Both the position numbers and the translations under genes were made by a program. DNA of 64,000 bases from an uncultured Armatimonadetes bacterium (lineage in GTDB: Bacteria > Armatimonadota > UBA5829). The stretch spans positions 261,262-325,261 of the forward strand of contig CAVQDB010000004.1 of NCBI GenBank assembly GCA_963711155.1. Reading direction: 5' to 3'. Shown piece by piece: positions 1-11,735 of the stretch (the stretch's first letter is position 1; the number at the start of each line of letters is the position of its first letter). The notes under the pieces are model-generated. The model worked only from the letters and a program-made list of their open reading frames with translations, searched no databases and was not told the DNA's origin.

Positions 1-210
1 ACCGGTGATCTGCAGAAAGCTGCACCGCAACCGCCCATCGGGCAGCCGCCACAGCCCCACCCAGCACGTATGGCCGGGCGTCTCGGGGGAGTGATATATG
101 CTCTTCTCCTCGTAAAACGCCACTCCGACCCTCGTGGCGCGGGCGCCCGTCGATGTCTTTTGCATCAATGCGTTTCTCCCTTTCACGTGAACCTCCGCCA
201 CTTCGTGAGG

Positions 211-1962
211 CTACCGATCTCCGACCTCGTCGAAGTTGCTCCTCAGGATGTTGCTATCCGATACGCTTATTACACCGTCGCCGTTGACGTCACCGTTTTG
301 AGGAGTCAGCGTGAGGCTCTGATTGCCCGGACTCTGTACTGTGACCGTACTCGATCTTGGTATGCACTTGCTTGCCGAGGCGCGCACCGTGTATTGACCG
401 GCGGCCAGTTTCGCAAAGCTGATGACCGGAGAGGTCGTCGATGGCATAATGCTCTCTTGAGTCACGAGAACCCCATTCTTGAGCAGCTCGACTCGAACGG
501 CCAGAAGCGATGGATCGCCGGAGTAATCCTCCAGCGCGACGGTCACGTCGAGCGTGCCCGCATCCTCGCCCACGAACGGAGCGCCCGTGTTGAATTTGAA
601 CAGGTCTCCCGTCCCGCCGTCCAGGACAAGTTCGAGTCTGTAACTCGAACCTCCCAGCGGTGTCAGTTCGACTACCTCGACCTGCCCAGTGGTTCTGCTG
701 AGCCGCTGAAGGCTGGTGATCCCGCTGGAGCCGAAGTCGAAATTCAATGTGATTCTCTGCCTGGTCTGGGCCGCCGAACCATTGGGATCGCACAGCCCGT
801 TTGTCACCATGAAATACGTCTGGTTCTGCCAGCTCGGCCCATCGAAGTCTTCATCCAGCGCCTTGAAGTACCCGATAACAACATCGCCCCGAAGACCGTT
901 GTTCAGGGTGCCCAGGTTTGTGGCCGATATGCTGGTGATGTACGGGTCGCAGCTCGAGTTCCAGGCGGATATGCCGGAAGGTAGAGGGTTGTTGAAGGTA
1001 AAGATGTTCTTGTACTGACCCATCTTCATCCTGACATCCGTGCTCAACAGCCTTACGAGTGCCCGCCCCAGGTTCCGGCTCTGACGGTTTGTCTCGGCCA
1101 GATACGAGAAGGCGGGCGTCGGGTTCTGGTCGCCCAAACCATCGAACAATGCCGACGGAAGAGGCGCCTCGGGATCATGGTTGGGATCGGTATAGACAAA
1201 CGCGCATAGGAACTTGTATCCGAACGCCCATGAGGTGAAATGCTGCAAACGCATCTCCGATTCGGATGGTATATGCGTGATCGTGCGCCTGTAGGTCTGG
1301 TTGTACTGCCCGTACGGGATGGGATGGTTCCCCGTGCCGTCATTACCGGCAAGCGCCGCGGTCCTGTACTTCTGCATAGTCGAGTATTGCAGCGTGGGGC
1401 TGCCGCCCTTGACCGCGTAGTTGTCGGCGGAGTAGTCCTCGAACGGGTAGAGATCGAATGATACCATATCGGGTTGCGCGGCGGCCATGTAGTTGCCCAA
1501 CTGAGCGGAAGTAAGCGCCGTGCCCCACTGGTTCGTACAGCTCATGGCATTGGGATAGAGGCTGCGCATCTGTTGAAGGTTCTGCGCCGCATCCAGCACG
1601 AGCGCGGGGTCCGTGAGGTCCTGCTCGTCTCTATACTGCAGACTCACGAGGTTCGGTACGTACGCCGCCTCTCCCGGCGTCAGCATACTGGGCAGCACCC
1701 AGCGCCCCCAGGGGATGCCGGGAGCAGTCCCAAGGTACGGAGTGATGTCATTATGCCAGGCGTTGACGGTGGTGAAATTCGATTGAGCCCATCGGCTGAG
1801 ATCGAAGCTCTGGGTCGGCTCCGCAAACATGAGCGCCTGAATCTGAAGCCCGTTTTCGATGAGCAGTTTGTGCCCCCTGTCGAGATCGGAAGCAACCACG
1901 GTGGAAGAGACGGCGTTCAGACACAGGAAGACCGTCATCAGACACCTGGTTATACTCGTCAT
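211..1962 (-). CDS. Secreted protein with a glycoside-hydrolase-like N-terminal region and a C-terminal beta-sandwich plus single dockerin/EF-hand-like loop
   Basis: 583-aa ORF with a signal peptide; ends NGDVNGDGVISVSDSNILRSNF. The catalytic family is not recognisable by eye. Confidence 0.65.
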   Translation of the reverse strand: MTSITRCLMTVFLCLNAVSSTVVASDLDRGHKLLIENGLQIQALMFAEPTQSFDLSRWAQSNFTTVNAWHNDITPYLGTAPGIPWGRWVLPSMLTPGEAAYVPNLVSLQYRDEQDLTDPALVLDAAQNLQQMRSLYPNAMSCTNQWGTALTSAQLGNYMAAAQPDMVSFDLYPFEDYSADNYAVKGGSPTLQYSTMQKYRTAALAGNDGTGNHPIPYGQYNQTYRRTITHIPSESEMRLQHFTSWAFGYKFLCAFVYTDPNHDPEAPLPSALFDGLGDQNPTPAFSYLAETNRQSRNLGRALVRLLSTDVRMKMGQYKNIFTFNNPLPSGISAWNSSCDPYITSISATNLGTLNNGLRGDVVIGYFKALDEDFDGPSWQNQTYFMVTNGLCDPNGSAAQTRQRITLNFDFGSSGITSLQRLSRTTGQVEVVELTPLGGSSYRLELVLDGGTGDLFKFNTGAPFVGEDAGTLDVTVALEDYSGDPSLLAVRVELLKNGVLVTQESIMPSTTSPVISFAKLAAGQYTVRASASKCIPRSSTVTVQSPGNQSLTLTPQNGDVNGDGVISVSDSNILRSNFDEVGDR

Positions 1963-2052
1963 GATATCCTCACTGCGCGCTCATGCGCGGTCTGGGACGC
2001 CCCTGCTCCCGCACGGAACGCCGGCCCCGCCGGCAGACCCTTGTCGCAGAGA

Positions 2053-3273
2053 CTAGGGACTGACCGTCTTGATGTCGGCAGCAAAGCTGCCGATGTATAT
2101 CGCCGAGGCAGCCACCGCTCCGGTCTTCTTGAGTCCACTCGCCCCGGTGACGCTTACGTAAGCGGGCACGGTCCCCGCGGTCCATGCGTGAGTCTGCCCA
2201 GACGGAAGCTGGACCGTGACCTCGACTCCCGAGCCATCATCGAGCACAAAGCTATCCGGTGATCCGGTCAGCACGGGCTTGCCCCACGCGCGGACCAGAA
2301 GCCCCACATTGTTCAGGTCGTCCGCGCCGGTCACACCGATCTGGCCTGCTCCGGTCGTGGAGTTGTAGTTCCAGTTCGACCCGCCCAGAGCTCGGTTGAT
2401 CGTGCCCAGCGGCAGGATACTCCTGCTTTGGGCGGCGGACGTGATCGCCGAAGAGGCGATATATCGCTCACCGTTGGAGTTGGTCTCGATCGTGCCCGTG
2501 ATGGTCGCCCTGACGCCTGGCGTATAGACACTCGTCCCCAGCTTTGCCACGCGAATACCGGCGGATCTGTCGGCCGACTCCACGAAGAAGCTGTCGCCCA
2601 CATCGATGGTTACCTCGGCACCGACGAGCTTGCCAAGCTCCCCGTCTGCGAGCTTCTTCCACTGCTCGATCGTGTACTCCGGCACGGACACGGAGTTCAC
2701 CGTGAGGGTATCCGGAGTCGCATCTCTGCGTACGCTGCTCATCATCGGAGCAAACGATGTCCAACGCACCCCGTCGCCGGCGTTCCAGATTGTCATATTG
2801 TAGAAACCACCCTCGGGAATCGCCTGGTTCCTGAGCACAATGTCCGCGATTCGCACGGGACTTACCGCCGTTACCGTATTACCGAGAGCGGCTCCCAGAG
2901 CCAGGCGAGCGCCATACGGCCGATCACCTGCCGTCGGGCTGAACCCGCCGCCAAGATTGTTCGCAAGGACAGTGGGAAAGCTGATGTTGTCTACTCCCAC
3001 GAGGGCGATCTCGCCGTCAATAGGAGTCGCGGCCGACCCGACGGAAGTAGCTCTGTCGAAGCCCACGAGCAGTTCGATGGCGTTATGCTCCCATGTGTCG
3101 CTGGTCTGATACCATATCGATACGCCGAAGGTATCTCCCTGAGCGACGTTGACACTGGTAAGCCGATTTCCCTCAGAATCGCCGAACCACATATCTACGC
3201 TCTGCGCGTAAGCCCCTCCTATCGAGGCTGCCGCCAGAATGAGGATTGTATAGATATGTCCGATGCCTTTCAC
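2053..3273 (-). CDS. Secreted cohesin-like protein with a C-terminal double OB-fold-like domain
   Basis: GGAGG RBS before GTG at 3273; signal peptide; beta-rich N-domain (SVNVAQGDTFGVSIWY...VRIADIVLRN). The C-domain (FFVESADRSAGIRV...VGLLVRAWG...DDGSG) is shared with the 11736 gene. Confidence 0.55.
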   Translation of the reverse strand: MKGIGHIYTILILAAASIGGAYAQSVDMWFGDSEGNRLTSVNVAQGDTFGVSIWYQTSDTWEHNAIELLVGFDRATSVGSAATPIDGEIALVGVDNISFPTVLANNLGGGFSPTAGDRPYGARLALGAALGNTVTAVSPVRIADIVLRNQAIPEGGFYNMTIWNAGDGVRWTSFAPMMSSVRRDATPDTLTVNSVSVPEYTIEQWKKLADGELGKLVGAEVTIDVGDSFFVESADRSAGIRVAKLGTSVYTPGVRATITGTIETNSNGERYIASSAITSAAQSRSILPLGTINRALGGSNWNYNSTTGAGQIGVTGADDLNNVGLLVRAWGKPVLTGSPDSFVLDDGSGVEVTVQLPSGQTHAWTAGTVPAYVSVTGASGLKKTGAVAASAIYIGSFAADIKTVSP

Positions 3274-3306
3274 TCCAGTGCCTCCTCGCCACAAGGGACC
3301 CCGCAC

Positions 3307-4322
3307 TCAGTTCCCCGCGTCGTTGAAGTTGCCGGACAGAATGCTGAAATCGATCGTGCCGACTGAGTCGTCGCCGTTAAGATCACCGTTTGGCAGAGAC
3401 AGCGCGACCGGCGAGAGAATGCCGCTTCGAACCGTCACGGCACCAGCCTTGGATACGCACTTGCTTGCGAACGCGCGCACCGTATAATCGCCCGGAAATA
3501 CGTCCGGGAAACTGACCACGGTTGTGGTTCCCGTGGCGGTAACCGTCTTCTGTGCCGCCAGAACCCCGCCCTGCAGCAGTTGGACCCGGAGAACCATCAG
3601 AGACAGATCGCCCGAGTAGGCATCGAGCGTTACGCTTACGTCAACACTCCCGCCGGGAACAGAAACCACGGCAATATCATCGAGGACGGACGGCTGACTG
3701 TAGTAGCTCTTTGCCTGCACGTAGTTCGGAGCGAAGCTCGACGGCACAACCGAGGGCAAACCCTGTCCAAGAAGAGTCCAGTCCGCTGCCGTGCTCTGTT
3801 TTCCATAGCCACGCCACACGTTGTCGGGTTCTTTGACCAGCTTGAAGTCATACCATGTGTTGAACAGGACCGCCAGGGAGCCTAATGTCGTGCCGTTACC
3901 CGCCGAGCCGACTCCGGTAGTCATATACATGCCGATGAAGCTCGACTCGGACCATACCTGTAGAGTTATGTTCGCGGATGTATCGTCCGCGGAGCTGCGT
4001 AGTGTACAACCGCCCCCTCCGTAGCCGCCGACGTACGCGGTATATAGCCTGAACGACATCTCCGTGGTGTTGGGTACCCGGCGGGTCTGAACGCGTAGCT
4101 GATACCTGACGCGGGCGAAACCTGCAAACCGTTTCCAGCATATCCCCCGCCAACGACCTTGAGGCTGCCGAAGACATCGGTCCACGGACCGGGTACCAAC
4201 TGGTCCAGCGTGTATGACTCGAAACCATCGGTCCAGCTCGCGAATGTCGCCGATGCGGTCATGGCTATCAGGGCGATAGCCGCCAGACACACCATTGCTC
4301 TCATTTGGCTCATCTCATTCAC
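3307..4322 (-). CDS. Secreted beta-sandwich protein with a C-terminal dockerin-like loop (frameshift near 4080)
   Basis: Signal peptide in ORF 3966..4322, body in ORF 3307..4290; ends PNGDLNGDDSVGTIDFSILSGNF. The last ~115 aa align with those of the 211..1962 protein. Confidence 0.6.
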
Positions 4323-4364
4323 TATCCATTCTGCTCGGACTGCGCAGGGCCCAGCCCGTGATAC

Positions 4365-6301
4365 CTACAGGGACTCGATGTCCTGCGCGAATGTTGGCGT
4401 CTCATAGCCCTGTCTCACAATACTAGAGCTCTGGTCGTATATCGGGTCGATCGGCAACGTCGGAAGCGCGTCGATTGCCTCTTTCTTGATCCTGGCGATC
4501 TGCTCCGCCGGCGCGCCCGCTTTCCTCGCTGCGTTGACCTTCTCTTTCGCCTTGGAGAACAGCCAGTGTGAGTCTCAGCCTCGCAACCAGCATATCAACC
4601 AACTTCTGAGCAGGGACGGGGAACGCGAAGTTGGGCTTCCACCCAGCGGCGATCTTAATCGTCTTCGACCTCTCGAGGACCGATGCGAGCTTCGCGTTGT
4701 ATTCCGCGGTTCCGAAGTCCGAAGGCTGCGGAATGCTGTGGATAACCCCATTCTCGCAGACCTGATACAGCTCCATCACCGCATCCGCGTTCTGCGGACC
4801 GAACCCGGCCACACAAAACTCTCGCTCGATTTCCATGAGATCGCGCCTGGGGTTCCACATCTTCTGAGCGGCACAGGTACTGGTTGATAATCTGCGGCCA
4901 GCCGTGGAAGTTGATCTCGACGCTGTTGATCCTGATCTTATCGCGAGCCGAGTCCGGCATCCTGCTGTAGTCCTCGTCCACGCGGTGCATGGCGATGTAG
5001 AGGTTGTTGTTCATTTCCATGTCCCCGATGTACCACGCCCACACATCGACCGGCCTGCCGGCCTGGATCAACATGTCGGCCTGATCGTCATTGTACGACT
5101 GATGCAGGGCGATGCCGATCTCTTTGGGCATGAAGGTCTCGTTGAGGAACTTGGCCCCGTCGGCGATCGCCACACCGAACCTGGGATCGTTCAGGGCGAA
5201 ATACTCCCTGTAGTTCGCCGTGTTCACGGGACGCGGGCTGTGGAGCCAGAATCGCGAGTTGCCCCACGTGCTTGTGGCGGCCATTACCCTGGGATTGTAA
5301 TGACGGAACACCCTGTAGTACTCGGCTGTTATCTGCTGGGGAGTCTTGTACGATGGGTCGCAACCGTTACGCGCGCAGCCGCCGGGGTCGCCCGTGTGGA
5401 TGTTGACGTGATCGACGTAGGGACCATATCTGCGGCCCATCTCAGCGATGTAGTCGATCATTACCTGGTGCTCCTTCGGGTCGTTCCAGCAGTAGGCTTC
5501 ACCCTCGTTGAAGAGGCAGTCGCTCCAAGCGTCGAAGGAGACCAGCATGTGATAGTCGCGCGAGCCCTTCATCAGAGCGATGGCGCCGTTCTGCGTGCGC
5601 TCCAACTCCTTGCCGGATATGCTGCCGTAACCTCTGTTTTCGGAGGCCTGCAGGCTGTTGAACCCGAACTGCCAGTAGAGCTCGGGGTATGCTCGTGTCT
5701 TCTCCACAGGCCACGTGTCGAAGTCTATGTCCTTGAACGGCGAGCCCTCGGGGCACTGCCGGCGCCCTGCATTGCCCATGATGATCTGGCGAAACCTGAC
5801 AAAGGGATCGTTTACCTCACGCCGAGCGGCCATCGTCAGTTTCCGGCCGTCGTTGGCCACGGTGGATACCAGGCGAGCGACCGCGCTCCGGAGACCGGCC
5901 GCTGACTTGCCCACGAGAACAACCATCGGGCCCTGATTTCCGGCGCGGACGTCCAGCAAGTAGGCTTCATCCCTGGCGTTCGCGGCAAACCGAGGCGCCG
6001 CGACGTCGGTACCAAGCGATGGGTAAGTCGCCAGAGTACCAAGTATCCACTGAGGCCCACTGTGGTTCTTGGCCACAGCCAGCGGAAAATCGGGTTCGAC
6101 AGCATAGCCTCTGGCAACAAGAAAGCCGCGCAGATAGTCCCCCATCTGCCTCAGTTCGGCGTCTCTGGGGCAGACAATGACGATCGGTCTCTGGGCACTG
6201 CCCGATACCACAACGCTACTGCCTGGCTGACTCTCGCTACACACACACTGACTCCCGGCGCAGATGAGCGCCATACATGTCGTAACAACCGTTCTTAACA
6301 C
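4365..6301 (-). CDS. Secreted glycoside-hydrolase-like protein with a GH20/GH67-type N-terminal accessory domain (frameshifted)
   Basis: Signal peptide; EAYLLDV...VVLVGKSAAGLRSAVARL motif; continues through ORF 4423..4860 and a third frame to a stop at 4365. Confidence 0.55.
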
Positions 6302-6379
6302 AGAACCTCCAAGCACGCTATCCAGCGGCGTCTCTCGATCTCGCCATTGAGCCAAGCGGGGTAGTCCGCCGCCTGGCTT

Positions 6380-7978
6380 CTAGTGGAATCGCACGTACAT
6401 GAAGACCACCGCCGCGGTTACGATCGCCCACCAGATCGCGGGATTACGCAGCCCTCGCATCTGGTCTCGCATCTCCTTGGGAAGCGTTAGGCTCGCCCTG
6501 TTCCAGATCAGGCCCTTGAGCTCCTCCTCGGACTTGGGCTTCGTGCGCAAGCTCACGATCACGCCGACCAACATGCAGACCCAGAAGACAATGCCCGTGC
6601 GGTTCGCAAACGGCGTGATGTACTGACCTATGGCGTGCGGCAGCAGTGGCGACGTCTTCTCGATGATAACTGAGAGCGGAATCGTCAGAATGCCGGCCGC
6701 TAGAACACCCGGCTGAGTTGCCCGCTTCCAGAGTATGCCGAGAAGGAACATGGTCGCGATTCCCGGAGTTATGTAGCCATAGGCGTTGAGCAGATATACG
6801 AAGATCGGTATTTTCGAATGGCCTAGAAGCACCAGGCCCCAGCAGATCCCCAATATGACTATCACCGCGCCCACGTATTTGCCGAAACGCACCGCCTGAG
6901 CATCCGTCGCGTTCTTGTTGATGTGAGGAAGGTAGAAGTCCACCGTGGCTATCGTAGTGCACGAGTTGATCGCACCGGACACGTGAGACATGATCGCGGC
7001 GACCAGCCCCGCCATCACCAGACCGATCAGACCCGAAGGCAGCAGGTGTTCCACAAGCGTCGGGAACGCCATGTCCGGCCTGGGCAGATGCGGAAAGAGC
7101 ATCGGCGCGGCAAGGCCCGGGATGATGATGATGAGCGGGGTCAATAACTTCAGGTAGTCGGTGAAGACTATGCCCATCCTTGCGTGCCACTCGTTTTTGG
7201 CCGCCAGCGCACGCTGTACAATGAACTGGTTGGCCGCGCAGTAGAAGACGCTTATACACAACCCGCCGCCAAGGAACTGCGTCCAGGGAAAGACCGGGTC
7301 CGTCGCCCCCGGAAGCAGGTGCCACTTTGACGAAGTGGACATGACCGCGCTCCATCCGCCAACCGCGCCGACTGTCTTCCAGGCGAGCGCGATCCCGCCT
7401 GCAAGCAGCACCACGAGCTGCAGCATTTCGGTCCACACGACGGCGCGCAGCCCGCCGGTGATAGTGTAGACTCCGGTGAACAGCGCGAGTATCACAATGC
7501 ACGCCTGCATGGGAATCCTGAACAACGAGTTCAGCGCGATCGCACCGAGAAACAGCACGGCGCTTATCTCAACAAAGACGTAGGTCAGGAGAATCAGGGC
7601 AGCGAACGTGACACGCGCGGTCGACCCGAACCTTCGCTCCAAGAACTCCGGCATCGTGTAGAAGCCGTTCCTGAGGTAGAACGGTAGGAATATCCACAAG
7701 AGGGCGTTGAAGCCTATCAGGATCGCTCCCCACTCGATGGTCATGGCGGCGAAGCCATAGGTGTAGGCCGTGCCGATGACGCCCACGAAGTGGTGGCTGC
7801 TTATGTTCGCCGCCACTATGCTCCCGCCAACCATCCACCACGGCAGTTTGTCGCCGGCAAGGAAGTAGTCCCGTTTCGTCCTGGCCGACGCTAGGGAAGC
7901 GAGCACCCCCAGACCAATGACCACAAGAATGTACAGCACGAATATGGCAACGTCAATGCCGGCCAACTGCAGTTTCAC
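6380..7978 (-). CDS. Sodium:solute symporter (SSS/SGLT family), probably a sugar transporter
   Basis: DYFLAG..LPWW, SIVAANISS, YTMPEFLERRF, GGLRAVVWT and NQFIVQRALAAK motifs; many TM helices. Confidence 0.95.
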   Translation of the reverse strand: MKLQLAGIDVAIFVLYILVVIGLGVLASLASARTKRDYFLAGDKLPWWMVGGSIVAANISSHHFVGVIGTAYTYGFAAMTIEWGAILIGFNALLWIFLPFYLRNGFYTMPEFLERRFGSTARVTFAALILLTYVFVEISAVLFLGAIALNSLFRIPMQACIVILALFTGVYTITGGLRAVVWTEMLQLVVLLAGGIALAWKTVGAVGGWSAVMSTSSKWHLLPGATDPVFPWTQFLGGGLCISVFYCAANQFIVQRALAAKNEWHARMGIVFTDYLKLLTPLIIIIPGLAAPMLFPHLPRPDMAFPTLVEHLLPSGLIGLVMAGLVAAIMSHVSGAINSCTTIATVDFYLPHINKNATDAQAVRFGKYVGAVIVILGICWGLVLLGHSKIPIFVYLLNAYGYITPGIATMFLLGILWKRATQPGVLAAGILTIPLSVIIEKTSPLLPHAIGQYITPFANRTGIVFWVCMLVGVIVSLRTKPKSEEELKGLIWNRASLTLPKEMRDQMRGLRNPAIWWAIVTAAVVFMYVRFH

Positions 7979-8088
7979 GGTTGCTTTCTTCCCTGCCTTC
8001 TTGAGTGCGGGACGATGCCCCGACGCCAGACTCGGTTTGACAAGCCCAGCGCAACCGAATCTCGCCCGCTAGTGTTGAGTGATGCGGG

Positions 8089-9361
8089 CTAGACCAGAGT
8101 CGGAACCTTCATCTGCTTTCCGCCGTGCAACGCCGATTGATGAGCGATGACCCCTGGCACGGTCATAGCCAGCGCCGAGTGGATATCCACCGCCGGTGTG
8201 CGATCGTTTGCGAGCGCGTCGATGAACTCGTGCGTTAGCATCGGCTCGGATCCGCCGTGGCCGCCGCCGACTCTCATCGGCTCGGGCAGAAGCTGCTTCG
8301 CCCAGTCGGGCGGCCGGTATTCCTCGTGATCGGCCGCGCCTTGGGCGAATCCGGCCGAGTCCGCTTCAGTCCGACCCGTCGGCCTGCGGATGATCGGCCC
8401 CATGCCGTTCGCCGAGTCATCGAACAAGCTCATCTTCGTGCCGTACCATTGGCCGCGCTCACAACTCCCGAAGGCGCCCTTCCAGTTTACGGATACGCGG
8501 AAGGCGTTGCCTTTGTCGGTCTTGAAGAGCGCGGTCTCGTTCCAGAAGGGGTTGTTGTATGGATTGCCCTTGATCGCCGGATCGTCGTCGCCCCAGCCGA
8601 CGCAGCTCACTTCGACCAGCCGCTCGCCGGTAAGCCCGACCAAGAACGCCGTCGCATGGGTGGGATACAGCATAGGCGGCAGAGCCCATCGCCAGGTGCG
8701 CGCGCCATCGGGACCGAACCATAGTGCCTGTATGGCCCCCGCGTCATGGTGATGGTGATACTCAGCCTCGGTGTAGTAGATGTTCTCCGAACTTGTCCTC
8801 TTTGAGGAACTGCCGGGCCGATATCATGACGGGACGATAGTAGCTGGTCTCCGCCATCATGTAGGTCAGGCCGGTCTTCCTCTGGGTGGCAAGCAGTTCC
8901 TCCGCCTGCTCGATGGAGATGCACGCCGGGACTGCCGATATCACATGCTTGCCGGCCCCCATGCAGGCGACTGCGTGCTTGACGTGATCGGGAGCCCCGG
9001 TGAACACAGCGACCGCATCGACGTTCTTGTCCTTGATGAGCTCCTCAAGCGAGTTGTACGGTTTGTTACACCTATAGACCTCCATCAGGTGCTTACGACG
9101 ATCCTCCCTCAGGTCGCTGACCGCCTCAACAATGCAGTTCGGATCCAGATGCCAATGGAAGGCCGCTCCGAACCCGCCGCCCACGATGCCCATTCTGATC
9201 TTCTTCGATGGCTTTCCCATGCCACCCCCCTGTGCTATGCTTTCATTGGCGACGAACAGGTTCGGAACCAACGCCGCCCCTGCAATGGCCAACCCACCAC
9301 GGCGCAGGAACTCGCGTCTCGTAGTGCCCCGTGTCTGGCCTCCAACCAACTCGTCATTCAT
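8089..9361 (-). CDS. Tat-exported Gfo/Idh/MocA family oxidoreductase (frameshifted)
   Basis: TRREFL twin-arginine signal, IRMGIVGGGFG, GKHVISAVP, YMMAETSYY, C-terminal GGHGGS; split over ORFs 8762..9361 and 8089..8673. Confidence 0.88.
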
Positions 9362-9869
9362 TGCGATGCCTCCTTGCGGCGGTAATGCAGCGGGATTCCG
9401 GTCAAGGCTGGCTGAGCAATTGTGCCCGCCGGAGCTTTCGTCCTGCTCGGTTTCTGGTCTGTGGGCCGCATCTCGATCAGCATCGCCGTCCTGGCTGCTA
9501 CGGAGAACACGAAGTTACGCTTCTGAGAACCAGCGGATGAGTCCCTGTGTTCTTGATGCTCAGCCCACGATCGAGATACGCCCGCGAGGAACGCAGCTAC
9601 CGAACTCGACTTCGGGCGACTGCAGGGTGATCAGACACCCCGCGCCAAACGCACATGGATTGGACACAGCGACACTTGCGACGATCACGACAGCAACTCT
9701 GACAACAAGACGCACGCGCTGCACAAAACGGCACATCGAGGAAGAGCAGCCTCTTGCCTCAGACCTCCCATCCATCTCACTCCACTTCATCCCCGCCCTT
9801 GGGTCCTTTCGCCGACCGCACGGCCGGTTGCCCTCAGTATCGCACGGAAGCCGCAAAGACCACTGTTCT

Positions 9870-10928
9870 CTAGGACAGCCCGGCGCCCACAACCCTCTGA
9901 TTGCTCACAGACAGCCCCAGCATCTCCGCGCTGTTCGAATAGGTGATCTTCTCCATCTCGGCCTTGCCGTAGCCCGCTCGCTCGATGGCCTTGATGAGAG
10001 CCTTGATCGCTTCGTAGACGTAGAATGTGTAGTTGGCTTCCTCTTCGGGGCTCTTTCTGTCGGTGTTCCAGACGTATGGGCCGCTCGTGTAGTTGACGTA
10101 CTGCTCGCCTCTGTGCTCGCGGATTCCTCGCATCAGCATCACCGGGAGGTCGGTCCCGAACAGAAGCCTATGGGGACCCACCGTCTCAAGGGCATACTGG
10201 AACACATCAGGATTCAGGTTGGCCGAAGTGTCGAACAGTATCCTGCTGTGATCCGCAAGCGCCGGAAGACCTCGCTTGGCGGCAGGCAGGCAATACGCCC
10301 TGCCTATGTGGGCGATCACCATCCTCACCCGCGGGTATGTCTCGGCAATCTCGATGATCTCCCTGATATTGTTCGGATCGCCCAGGCGGCCGGCCCGTGG
10401 GAGGTGAAGCATCAGAATGCCGCCCGCGTCCTGAAGCATCTCGAGGTGCGACTTCGGCAGGAACTCGTATATGCTTACCTCCATAGTGCGGCCGTTGACG
10501 AAGTCAGGGTATGGCTTTATGCCCACGAAGCCCTTTGAGAGAGCCTCCGCTATCTCGGCACTGCTTGTCTCGGGTCGCGTAACGAACAGGCCCGCAGCGT
10601 CGTTTCGCTGGTCAAGTATCCCGTGCAGGACGTAAGCATTCTCGTGCTGGGTGTCGATCTCGTTGTAGACATTGCCGAACGCCAGCGAGGACACTCTCTG
10701 CTCGGGAAAGAGCATTCGATAGGTCTCTCTCATCTGCTGCCACGATTGATGGCATCCAACCTCCAATGCCCACATCGCCTTCAGGCGCTCGGGGCTGATC
10801 GGCCTGCTGCCTTCTCCGAGCCCTACGTGCACGTGGCAGTCCGCTATTCTATCCGGCAGCCATGGGGCGATCTGCTCTTCATAGACCCGCCGATCCACTG
10901 CATTGCTTGTTAACGTCACGACTCTCAC
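9870..10928 (-). CDS. Amidohydrolase_2 family metallo-hydrolase
   Basis: DCHVH, GFVGIKPYP, IAHIGRAY, FDTS, RLLFGTDLP motifs; GGAGG RBS before GTG at 10928. Confidence 0.88.
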   Translation of the reverse strand: MRVVTLTSNAVDRRVYEEQIAPWLPDRIADCHVHVGLGEGSRPISPERLKAMWALEVGCHQSWQQMRETYRMLFPEQRVSSLAFGNVYNEIDTQHENAYVLHGILDQRNDAAGLFVTRPETSSAEIAEALSKGFVGIKPYPDFVNGRTMEVSIYEFLPKSHLEMLQDAGGILMLHLPRAGRLGDPNNIREIIEIAETYPRVRMVIAHIGRAYCLPAAKRGLPALADHSRILFDTSANLNPDVFQYALETVGPHRLLFGTDLPVMLMRGIREHRGEQYVNYTSGPYVWNTDRKSPEEEANYTFYVYEAIKALIKAIERAGYGKAEMEKITYSNSAEMLGLSVSNQRVVGAGLS

Positions 10929-10983
10929 CCGGCTGCCTCCTTTGATCTTCCGTACCCGACTTGCACAACAGACAAAACGGCCT

Positions 10984-11634
10984 CTATGGGGGGCCCAAAC
11001 GCGATCTGTAACCCAGCTTGTAGATCTCGGGCCACGTGCCGTAGACACACTTGGCGTGCCCATCGCAATAGCACTGGGTCTGACCGACGATCTTCGCGCC
11101 ATTCGAATCAGATCTGTCGTTGTCGTGCGGCGCATTGATCTCAGTGAGGCACGGCTTCCACGACGGTGTGCGTACGTCGGAGAGCTTGTAGCCACACAGT
11201 GCGCTTAGCGGATTGGCCGCCACGTATGGGTTGGTGTGTGCGCAGAAATACCAGTAGGTCCAATCCACTCTCCACCCGTCGCGGTACATCGTAGACGATT
11301 TCCACAGCGGGCAGAACAGTATGCCCTTGTTCTTCCCGGTGTATGGCCAGAGCGCCTGCCAGCAGACTGTACACTTTCCGCCTTGCCCGCGCGGAGGGGG
11401 GGTCAGGCTGTGTGGCCAGGCATTGGCCGTCCCTGCCCACGGAAAGCCTCCGCTGTTGTCACCAATGTACATCAGCATCGCCATGCCCCATTGCTTCTGG
11501 TTGTTGATGCAGGCACTCACATGTGCATTGCGTTTCGCCTGAAAGAACACGGGAAACACTATCGCCGCCAGGATCGCGATAATCGCTATCACGACAAGCA
11601 ACTCAATCAGAGTGAAACCTTTCCTGTTGCACAT
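10984..11634 (-). CDS. Prepilin-type N-terminal cleavage/methylation protein (DUF1559 / H-X9-DG type)
   Basis: [34 protein letters not shown]-terminal YCDGHAK. Confidence 0.92.
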   Translation of the reverse strand: MCNRKGFTLIELLVVIAIIAILAAIVFPVFFQAKRNAHVSACINNQKQWGMAMLMYIGDNSGGFPWAGTANAWPHSLTPPPRGQGGKCTVCWQALWPYTGKNKGILFCPLWKSSTMYRDGWRVDWTYWYFCAHTNPYVAANPLSALCGYKLSDVRTPSWKPCLTEINAPHDNDRSDSNGAKIVGQTQCYCDGHAKCVYGTWPEIYKLGYRSRLGPP

Positions 11635-11690
11635 TCCCTCGACCCCCAACACTCTCGGCACATCCGGACCATACGCTGCCAACGCTGTAA

Positions 11691-11729
11691 GGTCGGCCGG
11701 GGGGGACTTGCGAGTCCCCCCGGCCGACC
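11691..11729. terminator. GC-rich intergenic hairpin
   Basis: ggtcggccggggggact-tgcg-agtccccccggccgacc-type inverted repeat just downstream of the 11736 stop; no clear U tract. Confidence 0.5.
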
Positions 11730-11735
11730 GCTATC

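Noticed and set aside
70-984. Long antisense or overlapping ORFs (e.g. 70..984, 9132..10538, 30360..31724, 19929..21101, 32196..33335)
   Set aside because: Shadow ORFs opposite well-supported genes in GC-rich DNA; no recognisable motifs.
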